Positions 1-12,300 of a DNA stretch of 64,000 bases are shown here, one piece after another. Made by a program: the position numbers and the translations under genes. Position 1 is the stretch's first letter. Each line of letters opens with the position of its first letter. The notes under the pieces were generated by a model. The model ran no database searches and was not told the origin of the DNA. It saw only the letters and a program-made list of their open reading frames with translations. Source of the DNA: Ascidiella aspersa (taxonomy: Eukaryota); NCBI GenBank assembly GCA_963924565.1, contig OZ004607.1:9114001-9178000 (forward strand), read 5' to 3'.

Positions 1-381
1 TTTTCATTTTTAAGGTGATTGCATTTCTGCCATATTTCGTTTAAAAATAATACCGGAGGCGAAGAATTTTCTAAACATTACAGAAAAATTAAAACTTAAA
101 AACTCAAAGTGACCCATCTTCCTCATTTTTACCTGCTTTTTCAATTTGACCTATGTAATAAAATAAATGCCAAACTAAAATTAGCGTTTTTTTAAAGCGA
201 TCTAATTTCTTTTGTTTCATCAAAATTGAACAGTTTTTTCAGTTGACTAATTTTTGTATAGCTTGGTCTTAGTAATGACAATTTCCTCTGTGAATCGTAA
301 ACCGTAAAGTTTGCTCAACATATAAATATCGCTATTAGCGTGAAATACCGATTAAAAATGAGCTAAAAAATATTCATTTAG

Positions 382-3300
382 CGAGAACCCGGTAACAGAA
401 GAAGAACGACCACCTACAGAGAACGACAAAGTAGAAAACGACCAAACAGCAAGCGACGGGAAGCAAAGTGTACCTTCTGCCTTGGCTTGTTTCTTCTGCG
501 CGCACGTGGCAAGCTCCAACAACTCGCTTTACCTTCACATACGCAAGGAGCACCGGCAGCAATCCTACTCCTGTGATCTCTGTCGCTTCACCACCGGCAA
601 GATCTCGCAGTTCATCGTGCACAGGTGATCATCGATCGGTTAAATTTGTTTTACGTTTCGGTTGCTCTTGAATTACGCCACAAATCAGGATGAAATCATG
701 CACAAGTTATTTCTTTGTCAGTTGGTTAAATCATGTATAGGGCTTTCATGACTTTTGAACTTTGAGTCGTCCCTTGATTACAGTATACAACTATTTGTCA
801 GTTGGTTAAAGCATGTAGGACTTTCATTGGCTGTCGAACATGGAGTCGTCCCTTACAGTATCAAACTATTTGGTACAAGTATATGTTTCAATGTGTAAAC
901 TGAATTATCTAACTCACAAAGTAACGAACCTCATGACAATTCGAGGTTTATGACAATTAGAAAAATGTCGAAGTCGCAGAAAAAATTATTGGAATAGGGG
1001 TACCATTGTATGAACGGTTTAAAATCTGCGTCGATATTAGCAGTATTTCTATTAAATCATTGTTTTTGTCGTAATGTTGATAATAATATATAAAGATTTT
1101 ATTTGAAAGGCAGCACAGCATAACACTACAACCTCTAGTAATATTGGTAAATGTTTTAAAAGGTTTTATTTTATTTATGAAAACAGTCTGTTGGATTTAT
1201 GTTCTTATAAAACAACTTTGCCTTTCCATTGACAGCATATAGCTATCAGCCAGTATATATATATATATATATAACCTATTGACAAAATATTTTCTCCTTT
1301 AGTTCTTTTATTGTGCTGTTTTTTCGTAGGCAATCCCACAATGGAATCGTTCTTCCGTGTTGCCCGGAAAAGAACTGTAATTATATCGCTTGTACGGCTT
1401 ATCAGGTGAGAATATAGCTTCTGTACTCACTTAAGTTAAAGTGTGAGGCTTATGAATGACGTTAAAAGTATTTTTTTTTCAAGGAATGCATAAGTTAATC
1501 CTTGCTGGTTAAACGCGAAAATGCGCCTTTGTAACATCAAAACAGGCTTTAGGCCAGGGGTTCTTAACCTTTTTTCCCTTATTACCCATTTCTGTCCAGA
1601 TCAAAGTCCCATTACCCAAAATCTAATTTTATCCATTTTGCTATTTTACCATACTAAAAATATAAAACAGCGTTGTTCAACAAATTATAGGTCGCTCGTC
1701 TCAACACTAACTTTAAATGCACACTTATAGCTACTGTATACTACTCCAAACAACTCCACTAAGAATACCTTCAAAAATATACACTTACAGCAAACTGATT
1801 ATGAAAAAAATAGGTATGCTAGTCGTTAGCGGATACAAGAAAAATCTTACTATTACGTCACATAAAAATAAATGCGTAAATCCGGTCACAAAAATGATCA
1901 CTATGACGAAACAATTGTAAAAATGACAAAATTTCCTTGTGCTTTGTTTGGTTGTTTTAAAGGGACTCAGAGCATCAAAAAAGGTGAAAGTAATAAAGCA
2001 ACTTAATTACCACTTACAGCTGTGACATTGTTCGTTACAACCATCTCTAAATATTCTGGTTCATCTGATTACCCACCTGCTATCCATAGGTTAAGAACCA
2101 CTGCTTTAGACGGAAGTATGTGTTTTCACCCCTTTGTTGTTCACTGTTTAAAATTAAGAAGTGTTTTCCTTGTTATATTTGGCTCAACTTAATAAATAGC
2201 AGGGACACAAAATCGCTGATTTTTAATGACTTGTGTTGAAATAAGCTTTTTTTTGGAGAATTATGTTTTTTTTTTGTTTTTTTGGCACATAAAACAAATT
2301 AATCGTTAAATGTTAGGAATTGCTTATAATCAGACGAGTTTGCAAATTTTAAAAGATTAACGTTTTGTTTTTATGACAAGGACTTGACTTTAAGTGTTGA
2401 CTAGCTCCAATTATCATTTGACTGGGACTTGACTTGTTTTATTTAGAAAGACGTTCCTTGGAATTAAGCTATTTGACAAAATACTTGACTAGGACTTGAC
2501 TTTCTTATTTAAAAGAGTTACGAATGACTTACGTTAAATTCAAGTCATTTTAAAACGACTTGTTTACAACACTGTGTTCTAGTGACTTGAACTCCCTGTT
2601 TTTCTCCCCAGCTTCGCTTACACGCCCTTAAGCACGTGACCACTCACAAGTTCAAGTGCTCAAAGTGCCCCTTTGCCGCAAGGTGGCGCAACCAGCTGCG
2701 TCTCCACGTGATGAAAGCGCACGCGGTTCGGAAGATGCACCGATGTCCGCACTGCGACTATTCATGTTACAGGTCGGTTAAAGAAGTGATATTGGCAGAT
2801 CATTTGTCGTTTTAAAACAAAGGCAAGTGTTTTTACCTTCACAAAACTATATTTTGAAATATCGTTATAATTGTTGTATGCAATTAGAGTAAAAAATGGT
2901 CTATGGTTTTTGTGTTGTATCTATTTGATGTTTTTTTACTTTCAACCCTAACCTCATATAAAAAAAAATAAAATAAAAGCGGATGGACAACCAAGGCACC
3001 CGAGAATGGTGACGTCAAACGTTGGTGAAAACATTACTAAACGAAACAATAGTCACTTTCCTGAAAACAAATATCTCGCAAAAATCGACACCAAAGCGGC
3101 ATCGCTAATCGTTAAACATCATTCGCAATTAATACGCTTTAAAGTACTAATATTGGTCGCCTTTCAGGTCTGACGTTTTGAGGTCGCACCTCAGTCAACG
3201 TCACTCCGACGACCGGCCGCACAAGTGCGCCACGTGCGGATTCGCCGCTAAGGTCGAGCGCTCCCTGCGAATCCACATGGTGTCGCACCGGAGCGAGCGG

Positions 3301-5928
3301 CCGCACACGTGCGAGACTTGTGGAAAGAGGTAAGTTTTTTTGACTTGTCAAAAATATTCGAAATTCGTTAGGTTAAAAATTATTTAAGTCAAAATCGTTT
3401 ACAAAAACAACAAACATCAGAGGTAAGTTATAAGGCTTGCAGCCAATTCACGGTTTAAATCCTATAGGATTATAACGCACCGCATTCTCAAAGTTTTTGG
3501 TTTCAGTGTCTGTTAAAACAAGTGGCGGTACTTTGTTGATCAGTGTGCCTTCAAAATAGGAATGTATTGGTTTAAAGGATTATAGTTTGATTTTCTTGGG
3601 ACTAATTTTTTAGAGATGAAGTCATAAAACACGTAGATTTAGAGAGCCTACTGTTTTCGGTCCAACTATGTGAAAGAAGGCGCCAACCATTTTTATCAAT
3701 TTTACTGTTTAAAAAAAGTCATTCCATCTTTCATTTTATACACCATCAATTTTATTAGGATTTCGTGTACCCCCTAAAGCTATCCCAAGGGGTCCACATG
3801 TGATTTTTCCTCATCAAAAGCACTTTTTTTTACAAAACAGCAGGTAATAATTTCAAAACACAACACTGCAAAGTTTTATGATTTAGTATAGCAAAAATGT
3901 AAAGTTGCTATTTACCAATTTCAAATGCAGTTTATTTCTAATATAGACACAAGGTATGAAGTCTAACATTCCAATTTTTCTAGTTTTTACTTCTATTTTA
4001 CTTCCGCAGCTTCAAATCGCGCCAGGTTCTCGTCAACCACGAGCGTAGCCACGCGAGGGTGCCCTCGCACAGCTGTCCCTTCTGTAAGTTCAGGTGCGAT
4101 GAGACGACCAACTTCGAGAACCACCACCGGCGCCATCTCAGGGAGTTCGCAGCCCTGCCCTTCCGATGTCCCCTCTGCCCCTACGCGGCCAAGTCGGTCC
4201 GGACGCTGGGGGCGCACAAGAGGCGACGCCACCCCGGAATAAAGGTTGAATTTATAGGTTTTTCTTTCTTTTTTTTTTGGGGGGGGGGGGGGGTTAGGAT
4301 TATTTTTTTAAGGTTATTACTGTTTAAAGGAGTTGTTAGTTTGATAATTAATGTTTTCACACACTTTTGCTTGTACTTTAAACCTGCGATCTGTGCACAA
4401 GTTTTTTTTAGGATTTTTGGGATTGTTCAATTTCATTTTTTTGATGTTATGATTATTACGTTTTTAAAGAGTTGTTAATTTGTTTTTGTTTTCATTCACG
4501 TTTCCTCGTACGGTGAACCTGCAATTTGTGCACAAACTTATACGACTACTAAAACTTATGCAATTTAATAGGCAGCGTTTATTCGTAAGTTAATTTAGTA
4601 AAAAAAAACGGTGTTCAGGTTTTTACCTAGAAAAGCAGATGTTATCAAGAGTTTGAAGAAGACAATGTGCGTTTTTTTCCTAATTACGCTTATAGTGTGA
4701 GTTACTAGAACTAAAAGAGCGCAAATTTGCCTAGGTTTTACGAGTAGTATAAGTTTGTGCACAAATCGCAGGCCCAAAGTACAAGCAAAAGTGGGTGAAA
4801 ACAGAAAAAAAATCTTTAAAATATCTTTACGTTGAACTAAAAGGGCGCAAAATGTAAGACTTGTTTTTGTTTTACAGGTGCTACAATCTAACGAAACTGT
4901 ACAACAATCTAAGGTGCCCGTTGCACAAACAACTTCTTCTTATCCACTGTACGTTCACTATTATCTGTAATATTTTTTATTTTCGGCTTTTTATTGCACA
5001 AAGGCTCAAATTTGGTTTAGAGATTAACGCGAGTCTTGTTTAGTGTAACTTAAGAAATATCCTTATAGTGATTTTCTACGGCAAGAGTAAACCCAGCATA
5101 GAAATCAAAGCATAACAAACAAACAAACAAACAATATAAGGTTTCACTTATAGTCAAAACACACCATAATTACAAATCAATTTTGAAATACGGTTGAGAT
5201 TTTTTACTTTGTCGCAGTACTTTAGTTTTACCAGTTCTCGTCTAATTATTTACATACGGTATACCAACTTTTCCTAATTACTAAATAAAGTTTGAAATCG
5301 TCAATTTTTAAAAATATCAATTTTTTTACCAAAACCGACTAACTGGGGAAAAGATTTTCGGAAGTTTCTTTAAACTTTATTTTAATAACTAGAAAGAATT
5401 TCGTACATGTGGTTAATTCAAAAATCCCGCTGGCACGCTTCTATAGGCTACCGCATTTTGTATGAGACGATACATTGAAGTACTACGCGTGCTGAGAACT
5501 TACAACGCATAAGCAATTCCACCTTTTTTTCGAACGGAAGCAACAAACCAAAAAAATCTTTTATATCGTGGCCGCAACAAAAAAAATCGCCTTAACCGTC
5601 CTACTGTATTTTTAGACCAACTACGAACACAAGCGACCCACTTGTCGAAGCTTTTGAGGCCGCCAGTTATCTGCCATCACTACCCAGCGTGGAAGCACTT
5701 AGCCAGGCTCCTTTGTCGTCCCTCGTGGACAACCAACTAGACGCCACTGGCCAACAGCAATCGTTTTGCGCCATGCTACTGTCAGACAACAACGAATTCG
5801 ACATCACGATGCCACTTGCTGCAAGCCATGACCTCTTCATGGGCCCGGACGGCGTGACCGATTTTCCTGATGAGGTCTTTTCCGGCGTCTGCACACCGAA
5901 CGTATCGCCCTACGAGTACCGCCAATAA
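382..5928 (+). CDS. C2H2 zinc-finger transcription factor, 5'-partial (9 fingers plus acidic C-terminal tail)
   Basis: Phase-consistent GT-AG exons 382-624, 1330-1405, 2612-2772, 3168-3329, 4010-4244, 4878-4948, 5616-5928. They encode CFFC..HIRKEH, CDLC..HRQSH, CPEKNC..HALKH, CSKC..HVMKAH, CPHC..HLSQRH, CATC..HMVSH, CETC..HERSH, CPFC..HHRRH and CPLC..HKRRRH. The TAA stop overlaps an AATAAA. Confidence 0.88.
714..873. repeat. Imperfect tandem duplication, about 78-bp unit x2
   Basis: tttgtcagttggttaaa..catgta..gagtcgtccctt..acagtat..aactattt occurs twice in succession. Confidence 0.75.
1555..2103. mobile_element. Non-autonomous hAT (Charlie-like) element
   Basis: TIRs CAGGGGTTCTTAACCT / AGGTTAAGAACCACTG; 8-bp TSD ctttaggc / ctttagac. 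Confidence 0.85.
2210..2574. mobile_element. Partial copy of GACTTGACT-repeat hAT-type MITE family
   Basis: Ends in tgtttacaacactg and has gacttgact subterminal repeats; similar to 40675-41095 and 48948-49216. Confidence 0.7.
4350..4800. mobile_element. Inverted-repeat (MITE-like) element with a duplicated left arm
   Basis: ttttgcttgtac..cctgcgat.tgtgcacaa arms near 4353 and 4490 are inverted relative to tttgtgcacaaatcgcagg..gtacaagcaaaa at about 4750-4800. Confidence 0.6.
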
Positions 5929-7012
5929 AATTGTATTGCTTTTTTGTGTTTGTTGAAAGTAAAGGAAAATGTTTTAGGTTGTAGTGATACGAGCTCTTAG
6001 TTAGCCAATGTTGTAATGTATTGCTTGTATTTAATACAGTGAACAACAGAAGGTTGCATAGATTAAGGAAAATATTAGTGAAGTAACAGAGGGTGGGAAT
6101 TTATACAATACGCTTAAAAAATGGTTAAAAGTAAGTCTAAGAATAAAGAAAAACCTGAAGAATAAATTGCGATGTGTAATTCCAGTAAGGTTAGGGTTAG
6201 GTATCGCGGTGAAGTCATTGTGGTTAGATTATTTTTGGGGAAAGGAGAGGTTGGGTAGCTGACGAGCGAAAATTCATGATTTCAGGTATGAAACAATTAC
6301 AACGAGCTTTAAACGCACGCTGAAAAAAGTTAAAAATGAGAAATACTCGGGAGTCACAAGCCAACATTGCTTGGTTGGATGTTTTACAAAGGCCATGGAG
6401 CGTTGCCAGGTCGCCGCGGGAAAAACAACTCTAAGAAAGAGTTATAAAATGAAAGCTTTTAATATTTTAAAAGAAATACCGGTCTAATCAAAAAAATTAG
6501 AGCTGGCTTCGCTCGCCCGCCCAGATTTTTTAAGGTGTACAGGTGCGCCGTAAGGTAAAAATAATTAAAAACTCTGCTCTGTTACGGTTGCGCAGCTATT
6601 TTCTTTTCTGTGCGCATTGCGCAACAACAATCAAATTGGAAACATAAATTTAATAACAAAAAGTTGGCCAAATGTTAAGCTGTCCCATAGTCAAACCTCA
6701 AAGTAGATTTACATTTCAAAAATCACGTTTTATCTCAGGACATTTTAAGTTATAAAATAAAGGTAATACTGGTTAATGTAGGAAATAAAAATTCTACGTA
6801 GATCGTGTGTTGCCGTCGACGATACGAAAAAGGGGTTTCTCTGACGGGGCTGCCCAGGATTTACTCGCAGCATGACGAAATATGCTGCAAAGTGTTTACT
6901 TTATTAGTAGGCTATATTATACGTTGTTTTACTTTTTGTTTTTTGAGGTAGGACAGTTCAATCTCGTGTGATTCTTATAATAAAATTTTCCATCCCTATT
7001 ATTACTATATTT

Positions 7013-7791
7013 GGCGGTGGTCTAGACTCTTACAATCCTACCACAACGAACATTATTCGAGTTGAGCGCGGGTTAGAGGGGTAACACTAATTTACGGAAT
7101 GATGAATGGTCGGAATAGTCGGAACGCTCATTAATTTACGGAATGGTCGGAATTGTCGGAGTGGAATGAATAGGGCCGAAACTAATTTGATGAATGGTCG
7201 GAACGGAATGAACTGTCGGAATGGAATGAATGACGCTGTAGGAGCAGAATGAACTGTCGGAATGAAATGAACGAAGCTGCAGGAACAGAATGAACTGTCG
7301 GAATAGAATGAACTGTCGGAATGAGATGAACGAAGCTTTCCGACAGTTCATTCTGTTCATACAGCTTAGTTCATTTCATTCCGAAAGATCATTCCAAACC
7401 CTAACCTAACCCCAACCCTAGCCCTACCAGCTTCATTCATCTCATTCCGACAGTTCATTCTGTTCCTAAAGCTTCGTTCATTTCATTCCGACAGTTCATT
7501 CTGTTCCTACAGCTTCGTTCTTTTCATTCCGACAGTTAATTCCGTTCCGACCATTCATCAAATTAGTTTCGGCCCTATTCATTCCATTCCAACCAATCCG
7601 TAAATTAGTGAGTGTTCCGACCATTCAGCATTCCGTAAATTAGTTTTACCCGGTTAGAGTTTGGGTATAGGTCAAGCATTATCATTAAATAATAATACTT
7701 GACTCCCCTCTCCCCCCACACCCTAATCCAAATATTGTGCGTTGCTTTAAGAATTCTTCCAACGCTGTGGTATGATTCTAGACTAGCCACC
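7013..7791. mobile_element. GGCGCTGGTCTAGA-TIR MITE with CCCTAA-containing core, interrupted by a nested element
   Basis: TIRs ggcggtggtctaga / tctagactagccacc; same family at 17351-17554, 30024-30201 and 40211-40348, with partial copies near 7795-7841 and 34960-35108. Confidence 0.75.
7079..7651. mobile_element. Foldback-like MITE with modular internal repeats and telomere-like core (possibly Merlin-like)
   Basis: TIRs GGGTAACACTAATTTACGGAATG / CATTCCGTAAATTAGTTTTACCC; perfect 8-bp TSD GGTTAGAG (7071-7078, 7652-7659); arms made of GAATGAACTGTCG-type units; core ccctaacctaaccccaaccctagcccta. Confidence 0.88.
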
Positions 7792-8070
7792 AAACCCTAA
7801 CCCAAATAATGTTCGGTATGGTAGGATTCTTGTCCAGCACCCATTACCCCAGTCTGCATTCTGTGGCAGGTGCACATCTAAATAGGTATATTTCGCACTT
7901 ATACATAGAAAAAAGGTAGGATTTTCAACATAAGGTATGCAGAAATACATGATTGCACATCGTGCACCTGCAATTATTTTTACTATATTTTTTTAACAGA
8001 AAAACACCAAATAAGTTTGGCCTGGTGTGTCGATCAATAATAACATTCTTAGGAAAATATATTTATTGAA

Positions 8071-8409
8071 ATGGCAACCACGATGATAATCGTTGGCCTA
8101 GGAATTGCTGGTGCATCTATGGCAGCCAGAGCAGTTTTAAGGTCATCTGGACCCATGGCAAGACAAATGGAGGAATCTTTCAAACAGCTCAGCAAAATGG
8201 ACTACAAATACTACAGAGGAGGATTTGAACCCAAAATGACAAAGCGAGAAGCCGCCCTTATCCTCGGAGTCAATCCCGGTGCCAATCAGAAGAAGTTTCG
8301 GACTGCACATAGAAATATTATGTTGCTTAATCACCCCGATAAAGGGGGTTCGCCGTACATTGCGGCCAAGATAAACCAAGCGAAAGACATGCTCGAAAGT
8401 GGAAAGTAA
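8071..8409 (+). CDS. DNAJC19: Mitochondrial import J-protein TIM14/PAM18 (DNAJC19-like), single coding exon
   Basis: 112-aa ORF with N-terminal hydrophobic segment, YYRGGFEPKMTKREAALILG and J-domain NHPDKGGSPYIAAKINQAKD; AATAAA at about 8455. Confidence 0.93.
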   Translation: MATTMIIVGLGIAGASMAARAVLRSSGPMARQMEESFKQLSKMDYKYYRGGFEPKMTKREAALILGVNPGANQKKFRTAHRNIMLLNHPDKGGSPYIAAKINQAKDMLESGK

Positions 8410-8988
8410 CACACTTTTACCTTTGTTTTGTTTTTTGTTGTCTTTTATGTTTGTAATAAAATCGAACAGTTTTTGCGAATTTGTTTAGTCATCTCTGTCA
8501 TTCATGAAAAATGATTAATTTCTCAGGCAACATTATTTTAACTATGAACAGGAACAGTTATTACAATTTCTTAATTGGTTGGTCTTGTTCACACTAAATA
8601 CAGAAAACTTCTGCGGAGCATAGTAGGACAATAGGTAACAAATTTTGTACTGCATAAAACTTGTGGAAGTTTTAAGACTCCTTATTTTTTTTAATTGTTT
8701 TTATAACAGTTTCTGTTATATTCAATACTGTCTTAAAGTTATTTTGCTATATGAACCTCTTCGCACTCCTATGTAGTATATGTGAAGACCGAAATTTTTT
8801 TAAGTTTAATGCAATTAACAAACTATTTTAGATTCAACCGACTAGTTGTGCTGTTTAAATTCATTCTATTTATTTTTCTGGTTTCTTAGTTTGTTTGCTC
8901 CACGAAATAAAATATCCACAATTGTTTATTTTCGATAACACAACAGAATTTTGACACATAGTAGTGCGGTTTAAAACAGAACTGTCTG

Positions 8989-9068
8989 ATCATTGGTGTC
9001 TTATATTTTTAGCGAAAAAACAAAGTTTATCATTGGTGTCTTATATTTTTAGCGAAAAAACAAAGTTT
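8989..9068. repeat. Exact 40-bp tandem duplication in the probable SF1 3' UTR
   Basis: atcattggtgtcttatatttttagcgaaaaaacaaagttt x2. Confidence 0.9.
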
Positions 9069-9365
9069 TAGGTTGACCGTGAGTTGAAATAGTTTCTCCC
9101 AAATTAGTCAAGCAAGCATTTGCAGCATCAATCCGTTGTCCAAGATAAAATTTACAGAAATGTGCAGCTGAGGTCTTCCAAAGCATGCAGAAAGAAAATT
9201 AGATTACTCCAATTGGCAAAACAACCTCGATTTCAAAGTGAAACGACACAAGTGGCAGATGCATTCTCGACAATAGTAGATATACATAAAATCCTTAATC
9301 ATCTACCAGTTTTTGCTGTCACATATGACAATAGGCTACAAGCCAATCCCAAGTTTGCTTGTCAT

Positions 9366-12300
9366 CTATTGTGGGGGAGGTGGTGGGGGAGCAGGCGGTG
9401 CCATTCCATATCCGCCCATCATTCCCATTCCATAATCCATTCCGCTCCCGTCTTGTCCGCCAGGTGGGGGAGGGGGCACTGGTCCAGGGCCGGTCGGCAT
9501 GGGTGGCGGAACAGGTCCAGGGGGCATTCCCCACATCCCCATACCCCCGTAGCCAGGCATGCCATAGCCCATTCCAGGACCACCCATACCACTGTTATCC
9601 ATACCAGGCATCATTCCTGGACCTAGGGGTAAATACAGTACATTTTTAAGCTAAGTAACCAATTTTCAACTTAATAATTTTATGTAGACAACAAAAAGTG
9701 CTCGGGGTACAAAAACAGCCTTTTAAAAATACACTGATAATAAAAAAAATAAATAATTTGATTATTGCATTATTTTTTCACTTTTTGATGATATTATGTT
9801 AGTCTTACAATTTCTCATTATTTAGAAAAATCTAACCATTAAAACTGCATTACAAGGAAAAGACAGATGTGTCCATCTAAAAAACTGCTATAGGCATTTC
9901 AGCTACTTTATAAAAAAATAGGTTCGAGAATTTACAAAGAGATTGGATGGACCGCTGGCGTCCAATAAATACACAGGTTAGATAACCGATTTCATTTAGC
10001 ATTTCAAGTAATTGTTTGATTTGTGATTAATTTTACAAAAGTTTCGTGTAACTCTTAAAAATATACAAGAGGGTTTCTACTGAAAAAGACAAACCTTGAT
10101 TGTTTGACGCATTTTGATCTCCAGACTTTGCGGCTGGGTCGGGACCCCAGCTGGCTTGCCACGACCCCGAAGAAGGTGGGGGAGGGGGTTGAGCGGCGCT
10201 GCCTGGGGGTGGGGGGAGTGGTTGGTTGTAGAAGTTGCCCCCAGAGTTCTGATCCATGTAACCACCATTGCCGGAACCTCCACCACTACCCCCGCCATAC
10301 ATATTTCCACCCATGGGACCCCCACCCATCATGTTATTGCTATCGCCTGGGGGTCCACCCCAGTTTTGAGGCATGTTCCCTTCACCAGGGGGGTTATCAC
10401 CCCCATTACCACCTCCACTGTTGCTGCCCCCAGCACCCGGGGGTCCCGGCATGTTGTTGTTGTTAAAGCCCCCGGGGTTGTTGCCATAAGGTCCCTGTGG
10501 AGGGGGACCCCACTGGTTGGGGCCACCACCTTGTGGTCCAAAAGGCCCGGGCTGCATCCATGGGGGAGGCGGGCCGCCTTGGTTCATCATTGGAGGGCCA
10601 CCAGGCATATTTCTAAAAAAAACGCGCAATCATTAAACGTTACACTTATCCAGTAATTTATTAAAAAAGCTTGAGGCCCCCCAAACTAGATTTTTTGAAG
10701 AAAAAGAGGTATTGCTAAACTGGTGTATTATTTCCAATAAATAAAAAAGGCTTATTATTAGGAATTTTAAACAATAAAACAATGGTACTTACCCTCCACC
10801 CCTGGGTCCTCCAAATCTTGGACGTTGTCCAGGCGGTCCACCGAATCTGGGTGGACCCCTTGGCCCACCTCCCATCCAGGGGCGGTTGCCCCCTCCGCCG
10901 AATCGGCTTGGGTTTCCTTGAAAGCCACCCCTGCCCCCTCGGTTGGCACCGGGGCCCCCTCCCTGGTTGTGAGATGGGGGAGGCCCCTCACCCAGTTCAG
11001 CCATCAGAGACATGTACTGCAGAAAATAAAGAAAAAATAAGATGCTTTTCTGCTGATTTTTGTTGTGTTTAATGTGTTTAAAAAGTGTAATTGTTTAAAG
11101 GGCTTTTGATCCACTTTTTCCATGTCTCACACAAAGGAGTACTGCCAAGCTCAAAGTACACCAGTCAGATCATTCCGAATGAGAAAAACATTCACTAAAT
11201 AATTGAATTAAGGAATTAAGCAGCAAACTTAAACACTATTAATGAAAAAAAAAGCAAAAATATCTAAATGAAAACAACTACAATATTTAATACTTGTCTT
11301 GTGCTGTATTTAAAACAAAACAAAATATTTCTTTCAAAAAACATTTAAAAGACAAGTCACACAAAACTTGTCTAATACCCAACCACGGATGTTCAATATT
11401 TGCCATTAATTTTGATTAGTATTGCAATCTGATGCCAAATGATGTCATTACTATGTTTACAGGCAAAATAGATGAAATTGAAGCGTTTAGAGGTATTTTT
11501 AAGGCAATTACGTCACCACTTGCATTATTGTTGAGAAGTTTACTGTCTCCAATTTTATACAATTTTTCAAAAAATTATCTATCTAGGTAGAAATCGCTGC
11601 ATAGGAGCCTTATCATGGCTGGAATTGCTAAATAATTTGGTATCGGATAGACACTGGTACCACCAGCCAAATTCCGATAGTACCACTTGACATTGGCTAT
11701 CAGTTCCGATCAAATACTGTATTATCATGCATTCCTATACACAATAACAATGTTCAGAGACAATACCTCACTATCCATTTTTGCTCGGTCCACTCCTGGA
11801 CCCCCAGGACCTCCCATTCCTTGCTGGAGGTTTTCACTCGGATGCATTCCTCTGCAGTCCTGGGCGAGATGACCTCTACCCCCGCACTTGGTGCAAACTG
11901 TTGTGTTTGTGATCGTCTGGTTTTCCGGCTTCAGCCAGGCTCGTTCCCTAAAAGAGAAGACTTTAATTTCGAGGCACGTTCAAAATATATAGGCTGTCCT
12001 TTTATTTACTAAAATCAAATCAACACTTTGTTGTTTACAAACGTTTTGGCAATATCTCATGCCATGTAAAGTCTGTAAACAACAAAATGTAGATTCTATC
12101 AAATATTATGACTTTAGTATTTTTAATGTGCGTTTATTTTTTTAAATTCCATGAGATTTTAAATCGTTATCAATGGAAGCAGTTACCAACAAATAAGAGA
12201 ATCACATTGCTTGCCAGTTGTAAATAAATTCAATTTTCGTTTTTACAGGTCTTACATTTAGAGATGAAGTTTGTAGATTTACAAGGCAGAGTTGGTCTTA

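Noticed and set aside
6259-6290. CTGACGAGCGAAA hammerhead-like core
   Set aside because: No stem II, and no pairing for stem I.
7090-7640. Regularly spaced repeats resembling a CRISPR array
   Set aside because: No unique spacers, no cas genes and a eukaryotic context; these are inverted arms of a TSD-flanked element.
9120-11072. Long plus-strand ORFs (9120-9626, 10104-10466, 10114-10656, 10782-11072)
   Set aside because: Antisense shadows of GC-rich Pro/Gly SF1 exons.
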